Below are positions 9,518 through 19,528 of a stretch of 64,000 bases of DNA, one piece after another (positions within the stretch are counted from its first letter, which is position 1; each line of letters begins with the position of its first letter). The stretch covers positions 27,157 through 91,156 of the forward strand of contig DATNQI010000076.1 of NCBI GenBank assembly GCA_036704125.1, given 5' to 3'. The translations under genes were made by a program, and so were the position numbers. The stretch comes from Pantanalinema sp. Lineage in GTDB: Bacteria; Cyanobacteriota; Sericytochromatia; S15B-MN24; UBA4093. Below the pieces are notes generated by a model, which was not told the origin of the DNA, ran no database searches, and saw nothing but the letters and a program-made list of their open reading frames with translations.

Positions 9518-10141
9518 CTAATCGATGACGAGATCAAGCAGGCCATCGGCCTTGACCGTGACGGTGACGCTCGCGGTGCGATCGGGGTCTCGGCGCGCGG
9601 CGGCCGTGACGCGCACCGTCCCGACCTGCCGGGCGCTCACCAGCCCGCCCGCGACGGTGACTGCCGGGCCGCTCACGCTCCAGCTCACGTCGTGATCGGT
9701 GCTCCCGTCGCCGTAGCGGACGGTGGCGACCAGCTGAACGGACGAGGGCAGGACCCCCACCTGGTCGGGATCCGCCGGGGGCAGGTTCAGGGTCGCCTCG
9801 CCCGGCGTGAGCGTCACGGTGCTCACGGCGACGGTGGGGGCCGGGGTCGGGGCGCGCGTGGGGGTCGGGCTCGGCGCGGGCGAGCCGGTCTCGGTCCCGC
9901 CCCCCACCTGCACCGGGGTGGGCGTCGGCGCGGGCGTCACGAAGATCGGGGTGGGCGTCGGCGCCGGCGTGCGGATCGGGGCAACGGTCGGCTGCGGGTC
10001 CTCGCTCGGAGCGACGTTTCCGGCCCCCGGCGCGAGCCCCGTCGTCGTGACGGGGTCGTCGGCCGGGCAAGCCGCGAGGAGGGCCGCGATCGCCACGATC
10101 GCGAGGCCCCATCCGAACCGAACCCTGCTGCTCGTCACCAC
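9518..10141 (-). CDS. lipoprotein with Pro/Thr-rich linker and Big_2 domain
   Basis: Lipobox LLAAC, a PTPTP low-complexity linker and a C-terminal Big_2-like fold. Confidence 0.6.
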   Translation of the reverse strand: MVTSSRVRFGWGLAIVAIAALLAACPADDPVTTTGLAPGAGNVAPSEDPQPTVAPIRTPAPTPTPIFVTPAPTPTPVQVGGGTETGSPAPSPTPTRAPTPAPTVAVSTVTLTPGEATLNLPPADPDQVGVLPSSVQLVATVRYGDGSTDHDVSWSVSGPAVTVAGGLVSARQVGTVRVTAAARRDPDRTASVTVTVKADGLLDLVID

Positions 10142-10147
10142 GTCGCC

Positions 10148-12757
10148 TCAGTAGGTCGCGCCGTAAACCCGGCCCGCGTTCGAGCCGGGCGGCAGGGCCC
10201 CGGTAAGCGCGCGGTAGAACACCTTGATGGTGCCGCCCGAGACGGCGCTCGTCGCACCCGCACCGCCGTCGCCGCCGGGAAAAATCGAGAACCCGCCGCT
10301 GTCGATGGCGGCAAAGGAGCCGTTTGCGCCGTTGGCGCCGCCGCGCGCGTCCATGGTGCCCTGCAGGGTCACCTGAGGGGCCTGCAGCACGATCGAACCG
10401 CCCGAGCCCCCCCCTCCGCCGCCGGAGCCTGGGGTGTTGTTGGCCCCGCCCCCGCCGCCCGCTGCCCCCACGACGATGAGCTTGGCCGTGTTCGCGACGC
10501 TCAGGGCGCTTCCCGCCTTGAGGACGATGGCCCCGCCGCCGGCTCCTCCGCCGGCACCGGCCGTGTACTCCCCGGCGCCGCCGAGCCTCGCGGCGTTCCC
10601 GCCCGCGCCGCCCGAGCCCAGGACCCAGCTCGCATCCGTCGAGACATCGGCCGAGGGCAGGTAGGATCCCGCCGGACCGCCCTTCCCGTCCTCGGCGATG
10701 GCCAGGGTCCCGGGCGCCCAGCCCAGCCCGCGCGTCGCAGCGCCGAAGACGCCGCCTCCCGTGCCACCGGCCCCGCCGCCGCCCCGGCCCGCGCTGCCGC
10801 CCGATCCGCCGCCGCCCGCGCCATAGCCCGCCGCGCCGGTGCCACCCCCGTTGTCGTCATAGCCGCCCAGGCCGCCACCGTAAGGGGCGGCCCCGCCGGC
10901 GCGCGTGGGGATGGCCAGGGGGCCCCAGCTCGGGTTGCCGTAGGCTTCGCCGCCCGCCGTCGTCGCATCGTTCCCTGCCGAGGCCGTCGCGACGGGGCCA
11001 TCGGCGCCCCCGCCGCCCGCGCCGCCGAAGTAGCCGCCGCGACCGCCCGCGCCCGAGACGCAGCCTCCGCCGCCGGCCGCCCCGTAGCCGAGGCCGCCGC
11101 TGGTGAACCCGCCGTTGCCCGAAAGGCCCGCGACGCCGCCGCGACCGTACTCGGCCGTGATGGAGCCGCCGGGGCCGCCGCCGTAACCGCGCCCCGCCCC
11201 GTCGATGGTGCCGTTCACGGTGATGGTGTTGGCGTAGAGACCGAGCCAGCCGTCCTTGGGGGAGCGGACCCGCTGATCGTACATGGAGGCGCCTTCCCCG
11301 ATGGCGTCCGCCCTTCCGAAGGGCTGCACGTAGGTCGTCGTCCCGTTCGCGATCGAAACCGTCTCGAAGTAGTGGTTGCCGAAGAACTGGGTCTTGTTGC
11401 TGCCTGCCGGGAAGTTGACCGAGTAGCCCGCGTCCGAGGCGTTGCGCACCCCGCTGGTCGTCGCCCCGTCCCAGGAAGCCCCCTCGGCCACCTGGACCCC
11501 GTCGCTGATGACGGTCGTCCCGTTCCCGGTCGCGAGCACCGGCGTCACGCTCACGTAGTAGGTCGCCCCCGCCCAGGCCCCCGCCAGGCTGAGGGCGTCC
11601 GTCCGGCAACTGGTGCCCAAGCCCACGGGCCGGTCGGCCATGACGTCGCCGGCGCCGGGGGTCGTGCCGACCCGCACCACGTAGCCCGACGCGTTGGGAT
11701 TGGCGCTCCAGTTGGCGTAGAGGTAGCCCGCGCCCGAGGTCACCGGGCTGTACTGGTAGGCGACGTCCACTGCCGCCGAGGTGGTGCCGTCGTTGACCTT
11801 GAAGGGCGAAACCGTGAAGGCGGGCCCCTGGTAGACGAGGCTGCCCACCTGGACGGTGACGGCCCCGGCACCGAGCCCGCGCATGGACACGTCGAGGCGG
11901 GTCGGCGAGGCGCTCGTGACCACGCCGGGCACCCCGTTGAACTTGACCACGTTGTTGGCGGGCGTGGGATCGAAGCCCACGCCGAGCAGGGTCACGCTCG
12001 CGCCCTCCATCAGGGCGGCGAGGGACGATTGGTCGGTGACCTTGGGGCCGCCCGTGATCCGGAAGCGTCCGGTGGCGCTCTCGTAGGCCACGTCGCCCAG
12101 AGGGTCGCGGTCCTGGGCGATGAGCGCGTCGACCAGAGGAAGGACGGCGGCGTACTCGGCGACCGAGCAGTTGGTCACGGGCGAGAAGACGTCCGGGGCG
12201 CCCGTCACCACGCGGCCGATCAGGCTCGCGGGGCTCACCTGCAAGGCGGGCGCGAGGGCGGCCTTGAGGCCCGCGATGATCGAAAGAGCCGTGCTCGATC
12301 GCCCGAGCATGATGCTCGACCCCGTGATGCTCTGCCACGTCCCGTCCGCGTGGGAGAGCACGGTGCGAAGGGCCGCGGTGTTGCTGCCCGCCTGGTTCCC
12401 GTTGAGCCCCTTGACCGCTTCGAGGTAGTAGGGCTGCTCTCCCGGCACGAAGCCCGGGATGCTCAGCGAGAAGGCGCCGGTCGTCGGGTCGGTGACGGCC
12501 GAGGCGATGGTGCGGTTCTGGGTCGGATCGATCAAGGAGACGGTGGCGGCGAGGGTCACGTCAGCGAGTGCCGCCTGCGTGGTGCGCCCGAGGGCGGCAG
12601 GCTCCACCCGGCCGCTGAGCGTCACGGCCTCGCGCGCCGCGGGCATTGGCAGCTGCGCGCTCGGCGTCGTGGCCGGACGGATGCAGCCGGCCAGGAGCGC
12701 CAGGACGATCGCGAGCGACAGCGCCAGGCGCCGCAGGGCATCAGTAGGTGGCCGCAT
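10148..12757 (-). CDS. large lipoprotein paralog B: CarbopepD_reg-like, IPT/TIG and FN3-like domains, then ~350-aa glycine-rich (PGRS-like) C-terminal region
   Basis: 869 aa with lipobox LLAGC. Domains are recognised by eye. The C-terminus is Gly/Ala tracts interspersed with short hydrophobic strands and ends …GGTIKVFYR…AGRVYGATY. It overlaps the upstream paralog stop by 17 nt. Confidence 0.7.
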   Translation of the reverse strand: MRPPTDALRRLALSLAIVLALLAGCIRPATTPSAQLPMPAAREAVTLSGRVEPAALGRTTQAALADVTLAATVSLIDPTQNRTIASAVTDPTTGAFSLSIPGFVPGEQPYYLEAVKGLNGNQAGSNTAALRTVLSHADGTWQSITGSSIMLGRSSTALSIIAGLKAALAPALQVSPASLIGRVVTGAPDVFSPVTNCSVAEYAAVLPLVDALIAQDRDPLGDVAYESATGRFRITGGPKVTDQSSLAALMEGASVTLLGVGFDPTPANNVVKFNGVPGVVTSASPTRLDVSMRGLGAGAVTVQVGSLVYQGPAFTVSPFKVNDGTTSAAVDVAYQYSPVTSGAGYLYANWSANPNASGYVVRVGTTPGAGDVMADRPVGLGTSCRTDALSLAGAWAGATYYVSVTPVLATGNGTTVISDGVQVAEGASWDGATTSGVRNASDAGYSVNFPAGSNKTQFFGNHYFETVSIANGTTTYVQPFGRADAIGEGASMYDQRVRSPKDGWLGLYANTITVNGTIDGAGRGYGGGPGGSITAEYGRGGVAGLSGNGGFTSGGLGYGAAGGGGCVSGAGGRGGYFGGAGGGGADGPVATASAGNDATTAGGEAYGNPSWGPLAIPTRAGGAAPYGGGLGGYDDNGGGTGAAGYGAGGGGSGGSAGRGGGGAGGTGGGVFGAATRGLGWAPGTLAIAEDGKGGPAGSYLPSADVSTDASWVLGSGGAGGNAARLGGAGEYTAGAGGGAGGGAIVLKAGSALSVANTAKLIVVGAAGGGGGANNTPGSGGGGGGSGGSIVLQAPQVTLQGTMDARGGANGANGSFAAIDSGGFSIFPGGDGGAGATSAVSGGTIKVFYRALTGALPPGSNAGRVYGATY

Positions 12758-15344
12758 AGACCCTCCCTGCCGTCGTCAGCGTCGGCATCGCCCCGATGAA
12801 GCTACGGTAGAAGACCTTGACGGTCCCGCCGGTGAGCGCGCTCGCCCCGCCGTTGCCGCCGTCACCGCCGGGCCCGCCCGCGACGGGATTGCCGGTTCCG
12901 CCTCCCGTGCCGCCCAGGCAGCTCACGACGCCCGAGAGGTCGATCGTCCCGGCATCCATGAGGATCGTCCCCCCCGATCCTCCTCCTCCGCCGCCGCCCG
13001 AGGGCGAGTTGTTGGCGGCACCACCTCCGCCGGCCGCCCCGACCGCGATCAAGCGCCCCGAGACGGTCAAGGTCCTGGCCTTGAGGATGATGGCCCCGCC
13101 ACCTGCCCCCCCGCCGCCGCCCGTCGTACGCTCGGTCGTCATCTGGACGCCCGGGTTGCCCCCGGCCCCGCCGGACCCCAGGACCCAGGAGCGATCCGTG
13201 GTGGTATCGGGCGAGGGCAAGTAGCGGCCGGCGGGCCCGCCCAGCCCGTCCTGCGCCTTCGCCAGCACCCCGGGCTCCCAGCCGAGCCCGCGCGTGGCGC
13301 CGAGCGAGTAGCCGCCGCCGGTGCCGCCGGCGCCGCCGCCGCCGGCGTAGGTCGTGTTGCAGCCGCCGACCCCTCCGCCACCGCCCGCCCCGTAACCGGA
13401 GCCGCCGCTCCCGGGCGAGTTGTCGACGCGGCCGCCGGATCCGCCGCCGTACGGCAGGGCCGCGACGGGAGGAAAGGTCGGCGAGCCGGTGATGCCGCCC
13501 TGGCCCGTCGCGTCGCTGCCGCTGCCGCCCACCACCGGCCCGACGGCCCCGTAGCCGCCGTTGGCCCCCGCGCCGGCGCCGCCGAAGTAGCCGCCGCGCC
13601 CGCCGTTGGAATCCCCGAGGCAGCCGCCTCCCTGGCCGCCACCGCCCGCCGCCCCGAAGCCCAGGCCGCCGAGGCCCGCGCCCTCGGTTCCCCCGTTGCC
13701 CGAGAGGCCTCCGATCCCGCCGTGGCCGAAGGTGGCCACGCTGTCCGAGGCCGTCAAGCCGGGTCCCCCGCCGTAGCCGCGCCCGGCCGCGTCGATGGCC
13801 CCGCTCACCGTGAGGGTGTTGGCGTAGAGACCGAGCCAGCCGTCCCTGGGGGTGCGGACCCGCACGTCGTTCATGGAGGCGGCCTCCGTGATGTTGTCCG
13901 CCTTGCCGAAGGGCTGCACGCTCACCGTGGCGTTCGAGGGGATCGAGACCGTCTCGAAGTAGTGGTTGCCATAGAACTGGGTCTTGTTGCTGCCCGCCGG
14001 GAAGTTGGCCGAGTAGCCCGCATCCGAGGCGTTGCGCACCCCGCTGGTCGTCGTCCCGTCCCAGGAGGCCGCCTCGGCCACCTGGACCCCGTCGCTGGTG
14101 ACGGCGGTCCCGTTGCCGGTCGCAAGCACCGGCGTCACGCTCACGTAGTAGGTCGTCCCCGCCCAGGCCCCGTCCAGGCTCAAGCCGGTCGCCTGGTAAT
14201 CCGTCACGGCGCCGACCGACACCTCGGCCTTCACGTCGGCGGCCCCCGGCGTCTTGCCGATCCGCAGGCGGTAATCCGTGGCGTTCGGGTTGGCGCTCCA
14301 GTTGGCGTAGAGATAGCCCGCCCCCGCCGTCACCGGGCTGTACTGGTACAGGTTGTCCACCCCGATCGAGCGGGTGCCGTCGTTGAGCGCGAAGGGCGAA
14401 ACCGTGTAGGGCGGCCCCTGATAGATGGTGCTTCCGACCTGCACCGTGACGGTCCCGGCGCCGAGCCCGCGCATGGAGACCGTGAGGCGCGTCGGGGTCG
14501 CGGCGGTGACGACGGCACTCGCCCCGTTGAACTTGACGGTGTTGTTGGCCGGGGTGGGATCGAAGCCGCTGCCCTCGAGGATGACGCTCGCACCCTCCAT
14601 CAGGCCGGTCAGGGGCGAGGTGGACGTGATCCCGAGCCCCGCGTTCAAGAGGAACCTGGCGTTCGCCGTGTCGTAGGCGATCGCCCCGAGGGGATCGAGG
14701 TCCCGCGCCAGGGCCGCGGCGACCACCTCGCGGGCGCCGTCGAACTCGGGCCCCGTGCAGTTGGGGATGGGCGAGAAGACGTCGGGCGAGCCGGGCGCCA
14801 GGCTCCCCAGAAGCGCGCTCAGGGCCGGGCGCTGGGGAGCGGGGAGAGCCTGCTTCAGGCTGACGATCGCGCACAGGGCGGTGGTCGAGAGGCCGAGGCG
14901 CACCGGCCCCGGCTGGGAGTTGGTCACCGAGCGCCACCCGTCGCCTTGCGCCGCGATCGCGGTGCGCAGGCGCGCCACGCGCTGCCCCACCCGGTTGGAG
15001 CCCAGGCGCTTGAAGGCCTCGAGGTAGTAGGTGGCGCTGCCCGGCTGGAAGCCGCCGTAGTAGAGGGCGAAGGCGCCGTCCGCATCGGTGGTCGCGGTCG
15101 CCACCGTGCGATTGGTCGCAGGGTCGATGAGCACGACCGTCGCGGCCTGGGCCACCTCCGCGGCCTGGGCCTGAACCTCGCGGCCGAAGGCATCGAGCTC
15201 CACGCGGCCCCGGATGACCGCGGCGGCGGCCTCGCTCGTCGCAGGCGCCGGGCTTCCCGCGTGCGGGAGGGGCGCCCCGAGGCAGCCCACCAGAAGAAAG
15301 AGACACAGCGCGAAAACCCACTGTCTGGAGCGTCGCATCCTCAC
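12741..15344 (-). CDS. large lipoprotein paralog A (same architecture as 10148..12757)
   Basis: 867 aa with lipobox LLVGC and the same domain order. The conserved C-terminus reads …GGTVKVFYR…AGRVYAATY. DNA segments are ≥90% identical to paralog B. Confidence 0.7.
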   Translation of the reverse strand: MRMRRSRQWVFALCLFLLVGCLGAPLPHAGSPAPATSEAAAAVIRGRVELDAFGREVQAQAAEVAQAATVVLIDPATNRTVATATTDADGAFALYYGGFQPGSATYYLEAFKRLGSNRVGQRVARLRTAIAAQGDGWRSVTNSQPGPVRLGLSTTALCAIVSLKQALPAPQRPALSALLGSLAPGSPDVFSPIPNCTGPEFDGAREVVAAALARDLDPLGAIAYDTANARFLLNAGLGITSTSPLTGLMEGASVILEGSGFDPTPANNTVKFNGASAVVTAATPTRLTVSMRGLGAGTVTVQVGSTIYQGPPYTVSPFALNDGTRSIGVDNLYQYSPVTAGAGYLYANWSANPNATDYRLRIGKTPGAADVKAEVSVGAVTDYQATGLSLDGAWAGTTYYVSVTPVLATGNGTAVTSDGVQVAEAASWDGTTTSGVRNASDAGYSANFPAGSNKTQFYGNHYFETVSIPSNATVSVQPFGKADNITEAASMNDVRVRTPRDGWLGLYANTLTVSGAIDAAGRGYGGGPGLTASDSVATFGHGGIGGLSGNGGTEGAGLGGLGFGAAGGGGQGGGCLGDSNGGRGGYFGGAGAGANGGYGAVGPVVGGSGSDATGQGGITGSPTFPPVAALPYGGGSGGRVDNSPGSGGSGYGAGGGGGVGGCNTTYAGGGGAGGTGGGYSLGATRGLGWEPGVLAKAQDGLGGPAGRYLPSPDTTTDRSWVLGSGGAGGNPGVQMTTERTTGGGGGAGGGAIILKARTLTVSGRLIAVGAAGGGGAANNSPSGGGGGGGSGGTILMDAGTIDLSGVVSCLGGTGGGTGNPVAGGPGGDGGNGGASALTGGTVKVFYRSFIGAMPTLTTAGRVYAATY

Positions 15345-16327
15345 CTCCCGGTCTCCACGCCGCCCGCCACGACGCCCGTGACCGTGAAGACGGGCCCATC
15401 GATCGACAGTCCCCCGATTTTCAGGCCGACCCGGCCGCTGGTGGCGCCTGCCGGGACGGTGGCGACGAGGGTCGTGGCGCTCACGGAGTTCACGAAGGCG
15501 CTCACGCCGTTGAAGGTCACCGAGTTGCTCGCGGGCGTCGGCAAAAAGCCCGAGCCTATTACGGTCACGAGCGTGCCCACGCTCCCGCTCGCCGGGCTCA
15601 CGCTCGCGAGGGTCAGGGGCTGGTTCACCTGGACCCAGGCATCCGGCAAGACCAGTCCGACGCCGGCGACCGGATCCAGGTCGGCCGCAAGCGCCTGTTT
15701 GACCAGGATCAGCAGCGCGTCGAAATCCTGTCCCGACACAGCGGCGGCCGGCGCGTAGCTCGCGGACGCCCCCGGGGTCACGCGCCCGATGAGCGAGGAG
15801 AAGTCGAGGGGGGCGGGGTTTTCGTTGCGCAGGGCCGCCCCGATGGCGAGCGCCGTGGTCGCCTCGTCGACGACGATGCCCTGGTTGGGCACGGTGTTGG
15901 TGAGCGACATCCAGCCCTTGTTGTACTTGACGAGGGTGCGCACGCGCGCCGCCTGGTGACCCGGCATGTTGGAGGCCAGGCCCTTCACCGCCTCCAGGTA
16001 GTAGGTGGCGGCCGGATCGGGCTTGAACGAGCGGGGGAACGTCAGCTGGAAGGATCCGCTCGCGGTGGTCAGGCTCGTGACGACGGTGACGTTGAGCGCG
16101 GCCTGGATCAAGGAAACGGTCGCCGCGTCCGCCACCTGACCGATCTCGGCCTGCACGCGGCGCTCCGGGAAGGACACCCTTCCGGAAAGCGGCTCGCTCG
16201 TTTCAGGCGCGCGGACGGGACTCGCCTGGCAAGCCACGAGCAGGAGCGCGAGAAGGCCGGCGCCGAGCAGCGCGCGGCGCGGCTTCCCCTCGAGGCATCG
16301 ATGCCGGAACCATCCGAAGGCGGCCAT
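15341..16327 (-). CDS. truncated paralog: N-terminal CarbopepD_reg/IPT module only
   Basis: 328 aa with lipobox LVACQ. Homologous to the first ~330 aa of the two large paralogs. ATGA overlap with the downstream gene at 15341-15344. Confidence 0.65.
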   Translation of the reverse strand: MAAFGWFRHRCLEGKPRRALLGAGLLALLLVACQASPVRAPETSEPLSGRVSFPERRVQAEIGQVADAATVSLIQAALNVTVVTSLTTASGSFQLTFPRSFKPDPAATYYLEAVKGLASNMPGHQAARVRTLVKYNKGWMSLTNTVPNQGIVVDEATTALAIGAALRNENPAPLDFSSLIGRVTPGASASYAPAAAVSGQDFDALLILVKQALAADLDPVAGVGLVLPDAWVQVNQPLTLASVSPASGSVGTLVTVIGSGFLPTPASNSVTFNGVSAFVNSVSATTLVATVPAGATSGRVGLKIGGLSIDGPVFTVTGVVAGGVETGR

Positions 16328-16446
16328 CAGGACCTCTTATCCCGGTGAACCCGATGAGATTATGGTATCTCGAACAAGGAGACCATGCCCGATGGGGGCG
16401 CGCTCAAAACCGCCAAAAAAATGAAGACTTCGTGAAAGAGGATCGT

Positions 16447-17520
<1,074 letters not shown>

Positions 17521-17589
17521 ACCGCGCTGGTTCTCCTTACTCAACATGCGCCGAGACCCCTAGATTCTGGCACATCACGGCCATTAGAG

Positions 17590-17616
17590 CAAAACCCCCC
17601 GGCATACGCCGGGGGG
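17590..17616 (-). terminator. rho-independent terminator for the gene at 17657..18322
   Basis: Perfect 9-bp stem ccccccggc/gccgggggg (17595-17603 and 17608-17616) with loop atac. On the minus strand it is followed by a T-run (plus-strand aaaa at 17591-17594). Confidence 0.45.
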
Positions 17617-17656
17617 TCCTGGTGAAGGAGCGGTACCGACCGCTGGGGAGGTGGCC

Positions 17657-18322
17657 CTACTGGGCCGGGGGAACGGTGGCGGGCTGGGTGGCCTGGCTGT
17701 TCATGCCCTTGGCCGAGGCCATCATGCTCTGGATGCCCTGCTGGACCTGACCCGAGAAGCTGGTGCGGACCTTGTCCTCGTAGAATTTGCCGAGCAGGAG
17801 GCCGACGCCGGCGCCTGCCGCGATGCCGAGGGCGGTGCCCAGGAAGGGGATGGGGATCAGGCTGCCGATCATCCCGCCGATGGTGGTCGAGGCGGCGCCG
17901 ATGCCCGTGTAGGCGGCGGTGTCGGCGATGAAGTTCCCGGCGGCCTGCATCGGCTTGACCTTGCCGGTCATCATCTCGTAGAGGTTGCTGACGCCCGAGA
18001 GCAGGGCCGAGATGGCGAAGTTGGACTTGAGGGCGCCGACGAAGTTCTTGAGGCCGCCGCTCAGGGTCCCCCAGATGCGGCTACCGATGCCGCTCGAGAA
18101 GGTCATGCCGCTCGCGGCGTTGGCGACCATGCTGGCGCCGACGGCCTCGGTCCGGGCGCCTTCCGCCACGGTCTTGGCGATCTTGAGCGTGTCGAAGGTC
18201 TTGATCACGGGCGCTGCCATCCGCATGCCGGCCATGTTGTCGGTGTTGGCCGCAGGCAGGAAGGCCTTGGCCTTGGCGGCCATCGTGCTGGTCAGGTTCG
18301 CGTTGTTGCTCTGAATCGCCAT
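17657..18322 (-). CDS. hypothetical protein sharing a Gly-zipper-like hydrophobic domain with the C-terminus of the LysM amidase
   Basis: 221 aa, low Arg content (real-looking in a high-GC genome), with an aaggagg RBS. Residues ~75-180 align with amidase residues ~420-525 (NFA[IV]…ADTAAYTGIGAAS…LG…GLG…YE). Confidence 0.6.
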   Translation of the reverse strand: MAIQSNNANLTSTMAAKAKAFLPAANTDNMAGMRMAAPVIKTFDTLKIAKTVAEGARTEAVGASMVANAASGMTFSSGIGSRIWGTLSGGLKNFVGALKSNFAISALLSGVSNLYEMMTGKVKPMQAAGNFIADTAAYTGIGAASTTIGGMIGSLIPIPFLGTALGIAAGAGVGLLLGKFYEDKVRTSFSGQVQQGIQSMMASAKGMNSQATQPATVPPAQ

Positions 18323-18527
18323 CGTGGGCCTCCTTGGTCAGTGACCAACCGCAGGGTGTTTTTCCTTCACACCCCTCTTATCGGGGGGTGGGGGAGGCAA
18401 TTCGGTAAAGAAGAGCCTAAGACATGCGTAAGTCGGGTCTAAGGTTTTAAATCCAGATCAAATCGGCGCTCGCGCCGTTGCTTGACACTCCGTTTCTCGT
18501 TCAGCTATCATCAGCCTCACGCCGCGT

Positions 18528-18601
18528 TGGGGAGTAGCCAAGTGGTAAGGCATCGCTCTTTGGAAGCGACTACCGTAGGTTCGATTCCTACCTCCCCAGC
18601 C
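18528..18601 (+). tRNA. tRNA-Gln(TTG): tRNA-Gln (anticodon TTG)
   Basis: Cloverleaf built by hand: acceptor TGGGGAG/CTCCCCA, anticodon stem TCGCT/AGCGA with loop CTTTGGA, T-arm GTAGG-TTCGATT-CCTAC. It starts UGGGG and ends CCCCAGCC like E. coli tRNA-Gln. Confidence 0.85.
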
Positions 18602-18605
18602 TAAA

Positions 18606-18636
18606 GCCCCCTGATCCGGAACTCGGATCAGGGGGC
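18606..18636. repeat. 13-bp-stem hairpin (tRNA terminator); copy 1 of a hairpin pair bracketing the vapBC-like module
   Basis: gccccctgatccg-gaact-cggatcagggggc. It is nearly identical to the hairpin at 19470..19504. Confidence 0.5.
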
Positions 18637-18725
18637 ACTTCTCATGGTTCGATGCCATCGGAGATGGCGGGCAGGAATAGACAAGCGTTGATTGACGGGT
18701 AATTCTTACGTGCGCAGCGCTCTTC

Positions 18726-19103
18726 TCAAGCGGGCAGAATCGCCACCTCGTAATGCCGGAAGCGCTCGTCTCGACTGACGAGCACCATCTCCTCCGCCTG
18801 CGCCTGCGCTATCAGCATCCGATCGAACGGATCGTCATGATGTCGTGGTAACGAGCCGGCCCGCAGAGCGTGAGCCCAGGCGATCGGAAGCGGCTCGAAC
18901 CCCCCTTCCTCCAGCGCCCCTATCAGCTCACCGGGGATATCCAGCTTCCCGATCGCTTGCTTGATGGCGATCTCCCAGACGCTGGCGGCGCTCAGGAATA
19001 CCTGATTCTCGCCCTTGGAGATCGCCTCGCGGGCCGCCCTCGAAAGGGTGGGATCATCCGCCAACCACCACAGCAGGGTGTGGGTGTCCAAGAGCAGCTT
19101 CAA
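18726..19103 (-). CDS. vapC: type II toxin-antitoxin toxin, PIN domain (VapC family)
   Basis: 125 aa. The N-terminus MKLLLDTHTLLWW and acidic PIN residues are typical of VapC. It overlaps the antitoxin stop by 4 nt. Confidence 0.88.
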   Translation of the reverse strand: MKLLLDTHTLLWWLADDPTLSRAAREAISKGENQVFLSAASVWEIAIKQAIGKLDIPGELIGALEEGGFEPLPIAWAHALRAGSLPRHHDDPFDRMLIAQAQAEEMVLVSRDERFRHYEVAILPA

Positions 19104-19339
19104 GGCAGCTCACCCCGGAACGCCGCCGCCATTTCCCCCGGAAGCTCATCGAAGTCGGGCGCGATCTTGACCTTGTCGCGCCAGAGCCCCGGCACCCGCG
19201 AGGGCTGCTCGGCTCGGAAGGGGACAAGACGGGCAACCGGTTTTCCGGCACGCGCAATCAGGACATCCTCGCCCGCCTCTGCTCGTTCCAACAAGCGAGA
19301 GAGGTGGGTCTTCGCCTGATGAACATTCACAACGGCCAT
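19100..19339 (-). CDS. type II antitoxin, Phd/YefM family
   Basis: 79 aa. MAVVNVHQAKTHLSRLLERAEAGE…ARAGKPVARLVP is the Phd/YefM fold signature. It is translationally coupled to vapC. Confidence 0.8.
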   Translation of the reverse strand: MAVVNVHQAKTHLSRLLERAEAGEDVLIARAGKPVARLVPFRAEQPSRVPGLWRDKVKIAPDFDELPGEMAAAFRGELP

Positions 19340-19469
19340 CTCAAGCCTCCTTTTCAGGCAAGGAGAAAAACGACTTAGCTAAGTCTAGTCCACAGGCGCC
19401 GCAAAATCAAGCGCAGGAGATTCACGGCCAGCAGCCAAAGTTCGAACACGGTCCAACCAAGCCAGCATC

Positions 19470-19504
19470 GGGCCCCCTGAGCCGGAACTCGGCTCAGGGG
19501 GCCC
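19470..19504. repeat. hairpin copy 2 (15-bp stem) bracketing the vapBC-like module
   Basis: gggccccctgagccg-gaact-cggctcagggggccc. Same loop and near-identical stem to 18606..18636. Confidence 0.5.
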
Positions 19505-19528
19505 GATGCTTTCAACGAGGGGGGACGG

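Noticed and set aside
10400-14000. Possible CRISPR-like or tandem-repeat array suggested by periodic GGC-rich DNA
   Set aside because: The periodicity is codon-level Gly/Ala repetition inside protein-coding genes. There are no regular direct repeats with unique spacers, and no cas genes.
9692-15758. 1035-aa and 1099-aa plus-strand ORFs (9692..12799 and 12459..15758), plus the other long alternate-frame ORFs across the Gly-rich paralogs
   Set aside because: Antisense or alternate frames of the GGC/GCC-rich Gly-coding DNA. They give Arg/Ala/Gly/Pro polymers with no start context. The lipobox-bearing minus-strand frames are the coding ones.
18458-18658. 66-aa minus-strand ORF
   Set aside because: It lies directly over tRNA-Gln and its terminator hairpin.
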